A stretch of DNA of 64,000 bases from Mobula hypostoma. Its lineage: Eukaryota. Shown piece after piece: positions 1 to 12,909 of this stretch (its first letter is position 1; the number at the start of each line of letters is the position of its first letter). The stretch lies in NCBI RefSeq assembly GCF_963921235.1, contig NC_086100.1, positions 204,354,001 to 204,418,000 on the forward strand, given 5' to 3'. The notes under the pieces were generated by a model. It had not been told where the DNA came from. It ran no database searches and saw nothing but the letters and a program-made list of their open reading frames with translations. The position numbers were made by a program, and so were the translations under genes.

Positions 1-124
1 TAGATAGGTATATGAAGGAATTTAAGGTGGGGGCTTATATGGGAGGCAGGGTTTGCGGGTCGGCACAATATTGTGGGCCGAAGGGCCTGTACTGTGCTGT
101 ACTGTTCTATGTTCTATGTTCTAT
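1..124 (+). mobile_element. CR1 LINE 3' end (called family B here) with (TTCTATG)n tail
   Basis: Near-identical to the 3' ends at 12790-12909 and 33455-33580 (minus); ends TGTTCTATGTTCTATGTTCTAT. Confidence 0.9.
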
Positions 125-129
125 TTAGC

Positions 130-1022
130 TAAAACAGCCGATCGGATATTGCCCAATATTCCATAAGACATTTTGATAGTTTGAATTATTTCAAATTCTC
201 ACTAAACTAAACATTGACGGAAGGAACCAACAATGCTTCAAAATTTATATTGGAACCAAACAGAGGCCAAACCTGAATCATTTAATATCTATAGTGAAAT
301 GATTGTCAGGGAAATAGAAGACCTAGATGGGATAAAAATTGGAGGTGTTAACATCAACAATATAAGAGATGAAGACAATACCACTTTAATAGCTGTCAAT
401 TGTACATCGGTAACCAAGAGATTGAACAAAAGACCAGCTTTAATTACTTCGGTAGCTTTATAACACAAGATGCTAAAAGTAAAGTAGAAATAAAAGGAAG
501 AACTGCCATTGCCAAAACCAACTTCCAAAAAATGAAACATATTTTTACCAACAGACACATTTATATGACAATAAGGCTTAGGCTACTAAAATGTTATGTC
601 TGGTCAATCTTGCTGTACACTTCTGAAACATGGACTATAACACCAGAACTCCAAAGAAACTTAGAAGGAACAGAAATGTGGTTTCTTAGGAGAATGCTAA
701 AAATATCATATAGAGATAGGGTAACTAATGAGACAGTACTCCAACGTGCCTATACAAAAAGATCTTTAATGTGAACATTAAATGAGAGGAAACTTAAATT
801 CCTGGGTCATGCCATCAGAAAGGGAGAAATAGAATGCCTCACATTACAAGCCGTATGCTTTGGAAATGCGGAAGAGGAAGGCAAAGAAGAAACTATATGG
901 ACGCTGTGAAAGAACTAACAGATCTAAGTGTGCGAGATATCATTGACGCTGCGTGGGATTGTTTGATGTGGAAAGCCTTGATCGCCCAAGCATGTAACGC
1001 GCAAGGCAGATGAAGAAGAAGA
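130..1022 (+). mobile_element. RTE-clade LINE, 5'-truncated, degenerate RT C-terminal half
   Basis: IKIGGVNINNIR.ED.T.LIA, F.Y.GS.IT, LLKCYVWSILLY.SETWT, EMWFLRRMLKIS..DRVTNE.VL motifs; (GAA)n tail at ~1011-1022. Confidence 0.85.
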
Positions 1023-1199
1023 CATGTTTTACAAACAATACATTTCAATGTTCAAGTTCAACGTAAATTTATTATCAAAGTGTGTTAACCAGATGTTATC
1101 GAACAATTCACAAAAATGTTGGCAAGGTAACTCAATGCCAACCCCTAGCCTGGGATAGGGGGAAAGAGAGAAAGAGAAATTGCCTTTCAACTCACGAGA

Positions 1200-1385
1200 G
1201 ATCATAGGCCATCAACTTTTTGGTGTTGATGTTTCTGTAGCAGGAAATCTTTTTTACGAGGTCCAGTTGCTAGCTCGACGCTCAACCCAGCGCGGATGGA
1301 AAGTGTGTACGGGAGCCGGCTGGATTCGAACTCGGGAGCCTTCGCTCTGAAGTCCGGCGTTGATGCCACTATGCCACCAGCCAGC
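1200..1385 (-). mobile_element. tRNA-derived SINE
   Basis: Minus strand begins GCTGGCTGGTGGCATAGTGG (A box) ... GAGTTCGAATCC (B box), followed by a non-tRNA body; 3' boundary uncertain. Confidence 0.7.
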
Positions 1386-1639
1386 TAGGCTGGTGTAAGG
1401 AATGGGACCAATTCCAGAGGGGGAAGAGTGGGTGAGTCTGGGACTTTGTGAAGGAGCCATAACACCATCCTCCTCATTCCCCTTTCCCCTTCTCACTCCC
1501 CTCCCTCACACTCCACTGCATGTGTTTGTGTGTGTGAGAGAGACCTGTCTGCCCACTTCACCCTCCATCAACGATGAGCCCTCTCCCCTAACACACTCAC
1601 ACTCCCATGCACACAAGAATCCTTGTGGGGTCAAATAAC

Positions 1640-2660
1640 CCAAAAATCTTATGCCCTCACTCCTGCACCAACTCCTTAGCCACGTGGTAAACAGTATATT
1701 CTTCCTATTCCTGGCACGTGGCACAAATCACAGTCCTGAGGTTACAGCCCTGGACGAGCTGCCCTTTATCTTAGCATCCACTGAACCCCCGTTGCAGAAC
1801 CTCGTTACTCTACCAGCCCATATCATTGGTACCCACATGGACCACGACCTTCACTGTTCACCTTCCTTAGGAATGCTGAGCGCTCAACCCAAGATGTTGC
1901 AGATGCTAGCACGCAGGAGACAACATACCATCCTGGAATCTCATTCTCACCCACAGAGCATCCAGTCAGTTCCCTTCGCTAATGAATCACCTACGACTGC
2001 AGCTCACCTCTTCCCACCCTTCCCTTCTCAGTCTCAGAGCCAGAGACCCGATTGCTGTGACTTTCCTTTGCAAGGTCATCCCACCATCTCTGTCAGTAGC
2101 TAAAGTGATATATGTGTTGTTCAAGGGGATGGACACAGGGTAACACTACATTCGCTGTTTCCTCCTTTCCCCTCCCTGTCACCCAGTTTCCTGTGCCATG
2201 CACCTTGGGTGCTACTTCCTCTCTATATGTCCTAACTATCACCCCTTCAGCCTCCCAAATGATCTGGAGTTCATGCAGTTCCAGCTCCAACTCCTTAATG
2301 TAGATTGTTTGGATCTGCAGCTGGATGCCTTTCTCACAGGTGTAGTTATCAAGGACATAGGAAGGTCCTCTGCATTCCCACATCCCGCAAGAGAAGCTTT
2401 CCAATCTCCTGCCTGGCATCTCCACTGTTCTAACTGAGCATATGTTCAGATAAAAGTTCTAGCTCCATCATGATTTTGCCTTCTCTGACTGAATTCTCTC
2501 CTCACTGAAACCTCAAAGAGGTCAAGTCTCAACGTCTCCGCTCCAACTCTGCCCTCTCCAACACTGGCCGCTCTACTTGCTCCTGCCTGACTTGATAATC
2601 AATCCTGAATGCTGATTGGCCACTGCTGAAAGCTAAAAAAAAAAACCTGCCCGGAAGCAC
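1640..2660 (-). mobile_element. Degenerate CR1 ORF1 and probable 5'UTR
   Basis: SCGMWE...YTCEK..QLQ...ELELEL and WLRSWCRSEG.RFL fragments homologous to the ORF1 at 6053-6988. Confidence 0.75.
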
Positions 2661-3008
2661 TGCCATTAGTACACCATCAGCGAACCTGAGTGAATTACAT
2701 CCTCTCAAGCTTCTGATCTCTCTGATTAATGATGGGTCAAAGCTCGGTAGGGTGTCACAGGATGAATGACTGATTGGAACCCATCCCACATTCAGAGCAG
2801 GTGACCATCCTCACCACAGTGTGAACCCACCACTGTCTCTGCAGCTTGGATAAGTGTGTGAATGCCTTCCCACAGTCTGAGCAGGTCAACGTCCACTCAC
2901 CGCTGAAAACAGCCTGGTGTGTTGGTAGGCGAGATGTCTGAGTGAATTCCTTCCCACAGTCTGAGCAGTTGAACAGTTTCTTCCCAGTGTGAACTCACTG
3001 ATGTTCAT

Positions 3009-4238
3009 TCAACTGAGATGTCTAAGCAAATCCTTTCCCACATTTAGAACAGGTGAGTGGCATCCCCCAGTGTGAATTCGTTGATGTACTTTAAAGTCTG
3101 ATGACCGAGTGAATTTCTTCCCACAATCTGAGCAGGTGAACAGTTTCTCCCTAGTGTGAATTTGGGAGTGCTGCACAAGGTTGGATGACTGAGTGAATCC
3201 CTTCCCACATTCAGAGCAGCTGAACGGTTTCTCCCCAGTGTGAATTCGTTGATGCGCCTTCAGATGAGATGACTGAGTGAAACCCTTCCCACACTCAGAG
3301 CATGTGAATGGCTTCTCCCCAGTGTGAATTCGGTAGTGCTTCACGAGGGTGTCTGACTTAGTGAATCCCTTCCCACATTCAGAGCAGCTGAACGGTTTCT
3401 CCCCAGTGTGAAGTCGCTGATGTTCAATCAGTCGAGATGACCGAGCAAATCCCTTCCCACATTCAGAGCAGCTGAATGGTTTCTCCCCAGTGTGAATTCG
3501 CTGATGTGCCTTCAGATGAGATGACTGAGTGAATCCTTTCCCACATTCAGAGCAGCTGAATGGTTTCTCCCCAGTGTGAATTCGCTCATGTACCTTCAGT
3601 TGAAATGACTCAGTGAATCCTTTCCCACATTCAGAGCAAGTGAATGGCTTCTCCCCAGTGTGAATTTGGCAGTGCTTCACAAGGGAATATGAATCAGTGA
3701 ACCCCTTCCCACATTCAGAGCACGTGAATGGCTTCTCCCCAGTGTGAATTCGGCAGTGCTTCACGAGGAGAGATGAGTCAGTGAATCCCTTCCCACACTC
3801 AGAGCACTTGAATGGCTTCTCCCCAGTGTGAATTCGGCAGTGCTTCACAAGGGAGTACGAATCAGCGAATCCCTTCCCACATTCAGAGCATGTGAATGGC
3901 CTCTCCACAGTGTGAACTCGCTGATGTACTTTCAGATTGGATGACTGAGCAAATCCCTTCCCACATTCAGAGCATGTGAATGGCTTCTCCCCAGTGTGAA
4001 TTCGGTAGTGCTTCACAAGGGAGTACGACTCAGTGAATCCTTTCCCACATTCAGAGCATGTGAATGGCCTCTCCCCAGTGTGAACTCGCAGATGCACCTC
4101 CAGTTGAGATGACTGAGTGAATCCCTTCCCACATTCAGAGCAAGTGAATGGCTTCTCCCCAGTATGAATTCGCTGATGTCTCTGTAGTGTGGATGAACGA
4201 GTGAATTGCTTCCCACAGTCTGAGCAGGTGAACGGCAT
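3009..4238 (-). CDS. Tandem C2H2 zinc-finger protein (14 fingers, no KRAB/SCAN/BTB seen); ZNF gene 1
   Basis: 409-aa ATG-initiated ORF of CxxC-x12-HxxxH repeats with TGEKP linkers; decayed fingers flank it (2790-3010, 4240-4680). Confidence 0.88.
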   Translation of the reverse strand: MPFTCSDCGKQFTRSSTLQRHQRIHTGEKPFTCSECGKGFTQSSQLEVHLRVHTGERPFTCSECGKGFTESYSLVKHYRIHTGEKPFTCSECGKGFAQSSNLKVHQRVHTVERPFTCSECGKGFADSYSLVKHCRIHTGEKPFKCSECGKGFTDSSLLVKHCRIHTGEKPFTCSECGKGFTDSYSLVKHCQIHTGEKPFTCSECGKGFTESFQLKVHERIHTGEKPFSCSECGKGFTQSSHLKAHQRIHTGEKPFSCSECGKGFARSSRLIEHQRLHTGEKPFSCSECGKGFTKSDTLVKHYRIHTGEKPFTCSECGKGFTQSSHLKAHQRIHTGEKPFSCSECGKGFTQSSNLVQHSQIHTREKLFTCSDCGKKFTRSSDFKVHQRIHTGGCHSPVLNVGKDLLRHLS

Positions 4239-4256
4239 CTTTTCAGTGTGAACTCA

Positions 4257-4346
<90 letters not shown>

Positions 4347-4959
4347 TCACTGTGGTGTGGTTGAGTGTGTGAATGCCCTCCCACCATCTAAGCAGGTTAC
4401 CGTCATCTCACTGGTGAATTTTCAGATATATCGTTAGCAGCAACAACAGATCAAATTGCTTCCCACAGTCAGAACAGGTGGAGCATCTCACTATGGTGTG
4501 AACTTGCTGATGTATCTTCAGGCTGGATGACTGAGTGGTTCCCCTCCCTCACGCAGAGCGGGTGAATGGCCTCTCCCCACTGTGAACTCACTGGCGTGTC
4601 TGCAGGTCAGCTGTGAGTGAATCCCTTCCCACACTGAGAGATGGAGAATGATACCTCACTACAATCAATTCTCTGGCAATTCAGAAAGTCAGATGTTTGA
4701 ATCTCTTGTACAATCAATGCAGTTGAAGAACTGATCCCCAGTGAACAGACGCTGGTGTGTTCTCAGCACCCTGGTTCCAGTAGATAACACTGAGTTCAAC
4801 AGAAACCTTCATTTCAGACACAAATACATTTCCAGCTCGGATGAGATACTTCTTCATCTCCAAGGATCGACAACAGATGTGTTGGTCTTGCAAAGAGAGC
4901 ATTTGGACACTCCTCATATATCCAGACTGAGACAGCCTATGCACAACAGTGTTCTGCCA

Positions 4960-5030
4960 TTTCAAACCTGTAAAAATATTTGAAAGGACATCAATAGGTG
5001 AAGAACAATTTTTCAGGTGAGATTTTACTC
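4960..5030 (-). promoter_or_regulatory. Putative 3' splice acceptor of the ZNF gene 1 finger exon (AG at 4969-4968)
   Basis: Minus strand ATCTCACCTGAAAAATTGTTCTTCACCTATTGATG...ATTTTTACAG|GTT, closely matching the paralogous acceptor at 43960-44024. Confidence 0.65.
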
Positions 5031-5034
5031 CGTA

Positions 5035-5345
5035 GTCTGGCCTGTCTCCACCAATCTACCTTTTCCCCATCTCCCTCAATTTCCCTACTTTGCAAAAATC
5101 TATCCAACCTTGTCTCAAATACATTCACTGAGGTAGCCTCCACTGCTTCATTGGGCAGAGAAATCCACAGATTCAGCACCTTCAGGGAAAAGCAGTTCCT
5201 CCTCATCCCCATCCCAAATGCCCCGAACCTTAAGGTGATGTCCTCTATTTCTTGTCTCACCTACCAGTGGAAACAACTTTCGTGCCTCTATCTTATCTAT
5301 CCCTTTCATAATTTTACATGTTTCTATAAGATCTTCTCTCAATGT
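5035..5345 (-). mobile_element. CR1 3' fragment
   Basis: DLIETCKIMKGIDK...LFPL.GE.RNRGH.LK and VLNLW.SLP motifs. Confidence 0.8.
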
Positions 5346-5399
5346 GAGCTCTGGCATCATAACATTACTCAGTTGAACTCAAGTTGAGATATACCACAG

Positions 5400-5570
5400 G
5401 CTATGTGTGGGAAGCGAGGGTGGAGATTGTTGACTCTTTGTATCATCAGTGGGGATGGGAAAAGTACCCGAGGATTGTTCAAGAAACGGAATAGAGGTAA
5501 CCCAGGAAATTATAGACCAGTAAGTCTTGAATTAGTGCTGGGCAATTTGTTGGAGAAGATCCAAAGAGGG
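5400..5570 (+). mobile_element. Old CR1 RT fragment (host of the nest; resumes at ~14056)
   Basis: LFKK..RGNPGNYRPVSL..VLG.LLEKI; continues at 14056 with degenerate IRDSQHGFVKG.SC-like sequence. Confidence 0.7.
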
Positions 5571-8500
5571 AGGGAGGGAAAAAAAAAGGTTGCTACCAAC
5601 GGCTGTCTTTAGGATCAGGACTACAGAGTGATGTGGGAGCTGAATTCTGAATGAAGGCATTTTTTTTAAAAAACTTCTTCGAGTGCAAGAAGGATGAGAC
5701 TGCACAGGCGCATGACGTCAACAGGACAGCGCAGAGAGTTTAAAAAGAAGACCACCCTATACAGCGGGCAGCTGTCGGAGCGGGCAGTGGAGTGAGCGGT
5801 AGCAGAGTGTAGGGCTTTGGCTTCAACGGGCTTTGGCGGTAAACGGGAGGAAGCGAGAACAAAGCACCAACTCTTTCTTTCTCACCCCCATCTCCCCCAC
5901 CCCACTTTTGCGAATCAGCCCAGACAAACAGGAACAGCAGGGCTCTCACAGCTAATGGTACGAGGTAACGGTTTAAAAAGTTCATCCATTTGGCAAGGTA
6001 AGTGGGTGAGTAGACTTATTTTTCCTGTTTCATTCCTGTAGAATTAGACAGCATGCCTGCAGGGTTAGTGCTTTGTTCAGGCTGTCAGATGTGGGAATCC
6101 TGGGAGACCTCCAGCCTCCCTGATGGACACATCTGCGCCAGGTGCACCGAGATGCAGCTCCTCAGAGACCGGGTTAGGGATCTGGAGCTGCAGCTTGATG
6201 AACTACTGCTTTTCAGGGAAAGTGAAGAGGTGATAGACAGGAGCTACAGGGAGGTAGTCATCCCTAGGCTACAGGGGTCAGGAAACTGGGTCACTGTCAA
6301 GCGAGGGAAGGGAAATGCCCGGATAGTGGAAAACACACCTGTGGCTGTCCCCCTCAGCAACAAATATCTTGTTCTGGATGCTGTTGAGGGGGATGACCTG
6401 ACAGGGGACGCCCACGGTGACCGGGTCTCTGGCACTGAGCCTGGCGCTGTTGTGCAGGAGGGAAGGAGGGAGAAGAGTAATGCAGTAGTCATAAGGGATT
6501 CCAGAATCAGGGGAATGGACAGGGGATTCTGTGAGCCTGATAGAGATACCCGCATGGTGTGTTGCCTCCCAGGTGCCAGGGTACGGGATGTCTCGGATCG
6601 GGTCCTGAATATTCTGAAGGGGGAGCGTGAGCAGCCAGTTGTCTTGGTACATGTTGGTACCAATGACATAGATAGGACAAAGGAGGAGGTCTTGAAGAGA
6701 GATTTCCAGGAGTTGGGAAGGAAGCTGAGAAGCAGGACCTCCAGGGTAGTAATCTCGGGATTGCTACCTGTGCCACGGGCTAGCGAGAGCAAGAATAGTC
6801 GGATCAGGCAGATGAATGCGTGGCTGAGAGACTGGTGCAGGGGGCAGGGCTTCAGATTCTTGGATAATTGGGATCTCTTCTGGGGGAAGCATGACCTATT
6901 CAAAAAGGACAGATTACACCTGAACCCGAAGGGGATCAATATCCCAGTGGGAAAGTTTAATAGAGCTGTTAGGGAGGGTTTAAACTAATTTGGCACGAGG
7001 ATGGGAACCAGAACGACAGAGCGGAGGAAGGGGAAAACAGAAATATATCTAAGATAGTGAGCAGTAAAGATGTCAGGAAAGACAGGCAGGTGATGGGGCA
7101 AATTTGTACCCATTGGGATGAATTGCAGTGCAATAAAGTTGCAGTGAAATCAAAGCAAAAAGTACCAACTATTGGTCTTAAGGTGTTGTACTTAAATGCA
7201 CACAGCATAAGGAATAAGGTGGATGATCTGGTCATACAGCTACAGATTGGCAGGTATGATGTTGTGGCCATCACTGAGACCTGGCTAAAGGATGCATGTC
7301 TCTGGGAGCTGAACGTCCAAGGATACACGGTGTATCGGAAGGATAGGAAGGTAGGCAGAGGGGGAGGAATAGCTTTATTGGTAAGAAATTATATTAAACC
7401 ATTAGAAAGAGGTAATATAGGATCGGAAGGTGCAGAATCTTTATGGGTTGAGCTAAGAAATAGCAGGGGTAAAAGAACCCTGATGGCAGTTATTTATAGG
7501 CCTCCAAACAGCTGCAGTGATGTGGACTACAAATTACAACAGGAAATAGAAAAGGCTTGTCAGAAGGGCAGTGTTATGATAATTGTGGGGGGTTTTAACA
7601 TGCGAGTGGATTGGGAAAATCAGGTCGCCACTGGATCTCGAGAGAGAATTTGTAGAATGTCTGCGAGATGGCTTTTTAGAACAGCTTGTTGTTGAGCCTA
7701 CTAGGGGATCGGCTGTACTGGATTGGGTATTGTGTAATGAACCGGAGGTGATTAGAGAGATTGAGGTGAAGGAACCCTTAGGAGGCAGTGATCATAACAT
7801 GATTGAGTTCACTGTGAAATTTGAAAAAGAGAAGCCGAAATCTGATGTGTCGGTATTTCAGAGGAGTAAAGGAAACTACAGTGGCGTGAGAAAGGAACTG
7901 GCCAAAGTTGACTGGAAAGGGACACTGGCGGGAAAGACAGCACAGCAGCAGTGCCTGGAGTTTATGCGAGAAGTGAGGAAGGTTCAAGATAGGTATATTC
8001 CAAAAAAGAAGAAATTTTCGACTGGAAAACGGATGCAACCTTGGCTGACAGATGAAGTCAAAACCAAAGTTAAAGCAAAGGAGAGGGCATACAAGGAAGC
8101 AAAAATTAGTGGGAAGACAAAGGAGAGGGAAGTTTTTGAAACCTTACAAAAGGAAACTAAGGTCATTAAGAGGGAAAAGATTAACTATGAAAGGAAGCTA
8201 GCAAATAATATCAAAGAGGATACTAAAAGCTTTTTCAATTATATAAAGAGTATAAGACAGGTGAGAGTAGATATAGGACCGATAGAAAATGATGCTGGAG
8301 AAAATGTAATGGGAGATAAGGAGATGTCAGAGGAACGGAACAAGTATTTTGCGTCAGTCTTCACTGAGGAAGACAGCAGTATACCGGACACTCAAGGGTG
8401 GCAGGGAAGAGAAGTGTGCACAGTCACAATTACGACAGGAAAATACTCAGAAAGCTGAATACTCTAAAGGTAGATAAATCTCTTGGACCAGATGGAATGC

Positions 8501-8903
8501 ACCCTCGTGTTCTGAAGGAACTAGCTGTGGAGATTGCGGAGGCATTAGCGATGATCTTTCAAAAGTCGATAGATTCTGGCATGGTTCCGGAGCACTAGAA
8601 GATAGCAAATGTCACTCCGCTATTTAAGAAGGGGGCAAGGAAGCAAAAAGGAAATTATAGACCTGTTAACTTCACATCGGTGGTTGGGAAGTTGTTGGAG
8701 TCGATTGCCAAGAATGAGGTTACAGAGTACCTGGAGGCATATGACAAGACAGGCAGAACTCAGCATGGATTCCTCATAGGAAAATCCTGCCTCACAAACC
8801 TATTACAATTTTTTGAGGAAATTACCAGTAGGCAAGACAAGGGAGATGCAGTGGATGTTCTATATTTGGATTTTCAGAAGGCCTTTGACAAGGTGTCACA
8901 CAT
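5570..8903 (+). mobile_element. Near full-length CR1 (family A, copy A1): 5'UTR, ORF1, ORF2 APE endonuclease plus RT N-half, frameshifted; resumes at 12910
   Basis: ORF1 6053-6988; YLNA.SIRNK, ITETWL, YRPP, SDHN endonuclease motifs; KS.GPDG, QHGF, YLDFQKAFDKV RT motifs. Confidence 0.92.
6053..6988 (+). CDS. CR1 ORF1p: N-terminal zinc knuckle/leucine zipper plus SGNH-type esterase domain
   Basis: Open 311-aa ORF; CxxC...CxxC, heptad leucines, RDS (GDS block), PGA, HVGTND, DxLH. Confidence 0.88.
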   Translation: MPAGLVLCSGCQMWESWETSSLPDGHICARCTEMQLLRDRVRDLELQLDELLLFRESEEVIDRSYREVVIPRLQGSGNWVTVKRGKGNARIVENTPVAVPLSNKYLVLDAVEGDDLTGDAHGDRVSGTEPGAVVQEGRREKSNAVVIRDSRIRGMDRGFCEPDRDTRMVCCLPGARVRDVSDRVLNILKGEREQPVVLVHVGTNDIDRTKEEVLKRDFQELGRKLRSRTSRVVISGLLPVPRASESKNSRIRQMNAWLRDWCRGQGFRFLDNWDLFWGKHDLFKKDRLHLNPKGINIPVGKFNRAVREGLN

Positions 8904-9505
8904 TTGACAAGGTACCACACGGTAGGCTTATTCAGAAAGTTAGAAGGCATGGCATCTAGGGAAGTTTGGCCAGGTGGATTCAGAATTGGCTTGCCTGCAG
9001 AAGGCAGAGGGTGGTGGTGGAGGGAGTACATTCAGATTGGAGAATTGTGACTAGTGGTGTCCCACAAGGATCTGTTCTGGGACCTCTACTTTTCGTGATT
9101 TTTATTAACGACCTGGATGTGGGGGTAGACGGGGGGGGGGGGTTGGCAAGTGTGCAGACGACACAAAGGTTGGTGGTGTTGTAGGTAGTGTAGAGGATTG
9201 TCAAAGATTGCAGAGAGACATTGATAGGATGCAGAGGTGGGCGGAAAAGTGGCAGATGGAGTTCAACCCGGGGAAGCGTGAGGTGGTACACTTTGGAAGG
9301 ACAAACTCCAAGGCAGAGTACAAAGTAAATGGCAGGATACTTGGTAGTGTGGAGGAGCAGAGGGATCTCGGGGTACATGTCCACAGATCCCTGAAAGTTG
9401 CCTCACAGGTGGATAGGGTAGTTAAGAAAGCTTATGGGGTGTTAGCTTTCATAAGTCGAGGGATAGAGTTTAAGAGTCGCGATGTAATGATACAGCTCTA
9501 TAAGA
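8903..9505 (+). mobile_element. CR1 family B, 5' part of a ~1.15-kb insertion inside A1
   Basis: Starts ATTTGACAAGGTACCACAC; matches 33455-34593 (minus); [14 protein letters not shown]. Confidence 0.88.
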
Positions 9506-12360
9506 CCATAAGACAAAGGAGCAGAAGTAGGCCATTCGGCCCATCGAGTCTGCTCCACCATTTTTATCATGAGCTGATCCATTCTCCTATTTAGTCCCAC
9601 TCCCCCGCCTTCTCACCATAACCTTTGATGCCCTAGCTACTCAGATACCTATCAATCTCTGCCTTAAATACACCCAATGACTTGGCCTTCACTGCTGCCC
9701 GTGGCAACAAATTCCATAGATTCACCACCCTCTGACAAAAAAATTTCTTCGCATTTCTGTTCTGAAAGGGTGCCCTTCAATCCTTAAGTCATGCCCTCTC
9801 GTACTACACTCCCCCATCATGGGAAACAACTTTGCCACATCCAATCTGTCCATCCCTTTTAACATTCGAAATGTTTCTATGAGGTCTCCCCTCATTCTTC
9901 TAAACTCCAAGGAATACAGTCCAAGAGCGGACAAACGTTCCTCATATGTTAACCCTCTAATTCCCGGAATCATTCTAGTGAATCTTCTCTGTACCCTCTC
10001 CAACATCAGCACATCCTTCCTTAAATAAGGAGACCAAAACTGCCCACAGTAAGGTCTCACCAGCGCCTTATAGAGCCTCAACATCACATCCCTGCTCCTA
10101 TACTCTATTCCTCTAGAAATGAATGCCAACATTGCATTCGCCTTCTTCACTACTGACTCAACCTGGAGGTTAACTTTAAGGGTATCCTGTACGAGAACTC
10201 CCAAGTCCCGTTGCATCCCAACTTTGAATTCTTTCACCATTTAAATAATAGTCTGCCCGTTTATTTTTTCTGCCGAAGTGCATAACCATACACTTTCCAA
10301 CATTGTACTTCATTTGCCACATCTCTGCCCATTCTTCCAATCTATCCAAGTCTCTCTGCAGACTCTCCGTTTCCTCAGCACTACCGGCCCCTCCACCTAT
10401 CTTCGTATCGTCAGCAAACTTAGCCACAAAGCCATCTATTCCATAATCTAAATCGTTGATGTACAATGTGAAAAGAAGCGGCCCCAACACTGATCCCTGC
10501 GGAACACCACTGGTAACCGGCAGCCAACTAGAATAGGATCCCTTTATTCCCACTCTCTGTTTCCTGCCAATTAGCCAACGCTCTATCCACGTATGTAACT
10601 TTCCCGTAATTCCATGGGCTCTTATCTTGTTAAGTAGCCTCATGTGTGGCACCTTGTCAAAGGCCTTCTGAAAATCCAAATATACAACAACCACTGCATC
10701 TCCTTTGTAAAGCCTACTGGTAATTTCCTCAAAAAATTGTAATAGGTTTGTCAGGCAGGATTTTCCTTTAAGGAATCAATGCTGAGTTCTGCCTATCTTG
10801 TCATATGTCTCCAGGTACTCCGTAACCTCATCCTTGACAATCAACTCCAACAACTTCCCAACCACCGATGTCAAGCTAACAGGTCTATAATTTCCTTTTT
10901 GCTTCCTTGCCCCCTTCTTAAATAGCGGAGTGACATTTGCAATCTTCCAGTCCTCCAGAACCATGCCAGAATCTATCGACTTTTGAAAGATCATCCCTAA
11001 TGCCTCCGCAATCTCCACAGCTACTTCCTTCAGAACACGAGGGTGCATTCCATCTGGTCCAGGAGATTTATCTACCTTTAGCCTATTCAGCTTCCTGAGT
11101 ACTTTCTCTGTCGTAATTGTGACTGCGCACACTTCTCTTCCCTGCCACCCTTGAGTGTCCGGTATACTGCTGTCTTCCTCAGTGAAGACTGATGCAAAAT
11201 ACTTGTTCAGTTCCTCTGCCATCTCCTTATCTCCCATTACATTTTCTCCAGCATCATTTTCTATCGGTCCTATATCTACTCTCACCTGTCTTTTACTCCT
11301 TATATACTTGAAAAAGTTTTTAGTATCCTCTTCGATATTATTTGCTAGCTTCCTTTCATAGTTAATCTTTTCTCTCTTAATGATCTTCTTGGTTTCCTTT
11401 TGTAAGGTTTTAAAAACTTCCCAATCCTCTCTCTTCCCACTAATTTTTGCTTCCTTGTATGCCCTCTCTTTTGCTTTAACTTTGGCTTTGACTTCTCTTG
11501 TCAACCACGGTTGCATCCTTTTTCCACTCGAAAATTTCTTCTTTTTTGGAATATACCTGTCTTGCACATTCCTCATTTCTCACATAAACTCCAGGCACTG
11601 CTGCTCTGCCGTCTTTCCCGCCCGTGTCTCTTTCCAGTCAACTTTGGCCAGTGCCTCTCTCATGCCACTGTAATTTCCTTTACTCCACTGAAATACCGAC
11701 ACACCAGATTTCGGCTTCTCTTTTTCTAATTTCACAGTCAACTCAATTATGTTATGATCACTGCCTCCTAAAGGTTCCTTCACCTCAATCTCTCCAATCA
11801 CCTCCGGTTCATTACACAATACCCAATCCAGTATAGCCGATCCCCTAGTAGGCTCAACAACAAGCTGTTCTAAAAAGCCATCTCGCAGACATTCTACAAA
11901 TTCTCTCTTGAGATCCAGTGCTGACCTAATTTTCCCAATCTACTCGCATGTTAAAATCCCCCACAATTATCATAACACTGCCCTTCTGACAAGCCTTTTC
12001 TATTTCCTGTTGTAATTTGTATTCCACATCCCTGCAGCTGTTTGGAGGCCTATAAATAACTGCCATCAGGGTCCTTTTACCCCTGCGATTTCTTAGCTTA
12101 ACCCATAAAGATTCTGCATCTTCCGATCCTATATCACCTCTTTCTAATGATTTAATATCATTTCTTACCAATAAAGCCATGCCTCCTCCTCTGCCTACCT
12201 TCCTATCCTTCCGATACACCGTGTATCCTTGGACGTTCAGCTCCCAGAGACATGCATCCTTTAGCCAGGTGTCAGTGATGGCCACAATATCATACCTGCC
12301 AATCTGTAGCTGTACAACAAGATCATCCACCTTATTTCTTACGCTGCATGCATTTAAGTG
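9506..12360 (-). mobile_element. CR1 family A copy A2 (EN start through 3' tail) inserted in the B copy
   Basis: ORFs 11926-12384, 10776-11576, 10176-10694, 9722-10240; tail GTCTTATGGTCTTAT; ATAAGAC/ATAAAAC flanks. Confidence 0.9.
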
Positions 12361-12909
12361 CATAAAACTCTGGTTAGGCCACACTTGGAGTACTGTTTCC
12401 AGTTCTGGTCACCTCACCAGAGTAAAGGTGTGGAAGCATTGGAAAGGGTGCAAAGGAGATTTACCAGGATGCTGCCTGGTTTTGAGAGTATGCATTATGA
12501 TCAGAGATTGAGGGAGCTGGGGCTTTACTCTTTGGAGAGAAGGAGGATGAGAGGAGACATGATAGAAGTGTACAAGATAATAAGAGGAATAGATAGAGTG
12601 GATAGCCAGCGCCTCTTACCCAGGGCACCACTGCTCAATACAAGAGGACATGGCTTTAAGGTAAGGGGTGGGAAGTTCAAGGGGGATATTAAAGGAACGT
12701 TTTTTACTCAGAGAGTGGTTGGTGCATGGAATGCACTGCCTGAGTCAATGGTGGAGGCAGATACACTAGTGAAGTTTAAGACACTACTAGACAGGTATAT
12801 GGAGGAATTTAAGGTGGGAGCTTATATGGGAGGCAGGGTTTGAGGGTCGGCACAACATTGTGGGCCAAAGGGCCTGTACTGTGCTGTACTATTCTATGTT
12901 CTATGTTCT
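12361..12909 (+). mobile_element. CR1 family B, 3' part with tail
   Basis: KTLVRPHLEYC... continues the B copy broken at 9505; (TTCTATG)n tail. Confidence 0.9.

Noticed and set aside
1310..1385. Functional tRNA gene
   Set aside because: A/B boxes run into a SINE-like body with no clean cloverleaf or terminator
4714..4965. N-terminal effector (KRAB-like) domain for ZNF gene 1
   Set aside because: No KRAB/SCAN/BTB motif; separated from the finger ORF by stops; not conserved as protein in the paralog
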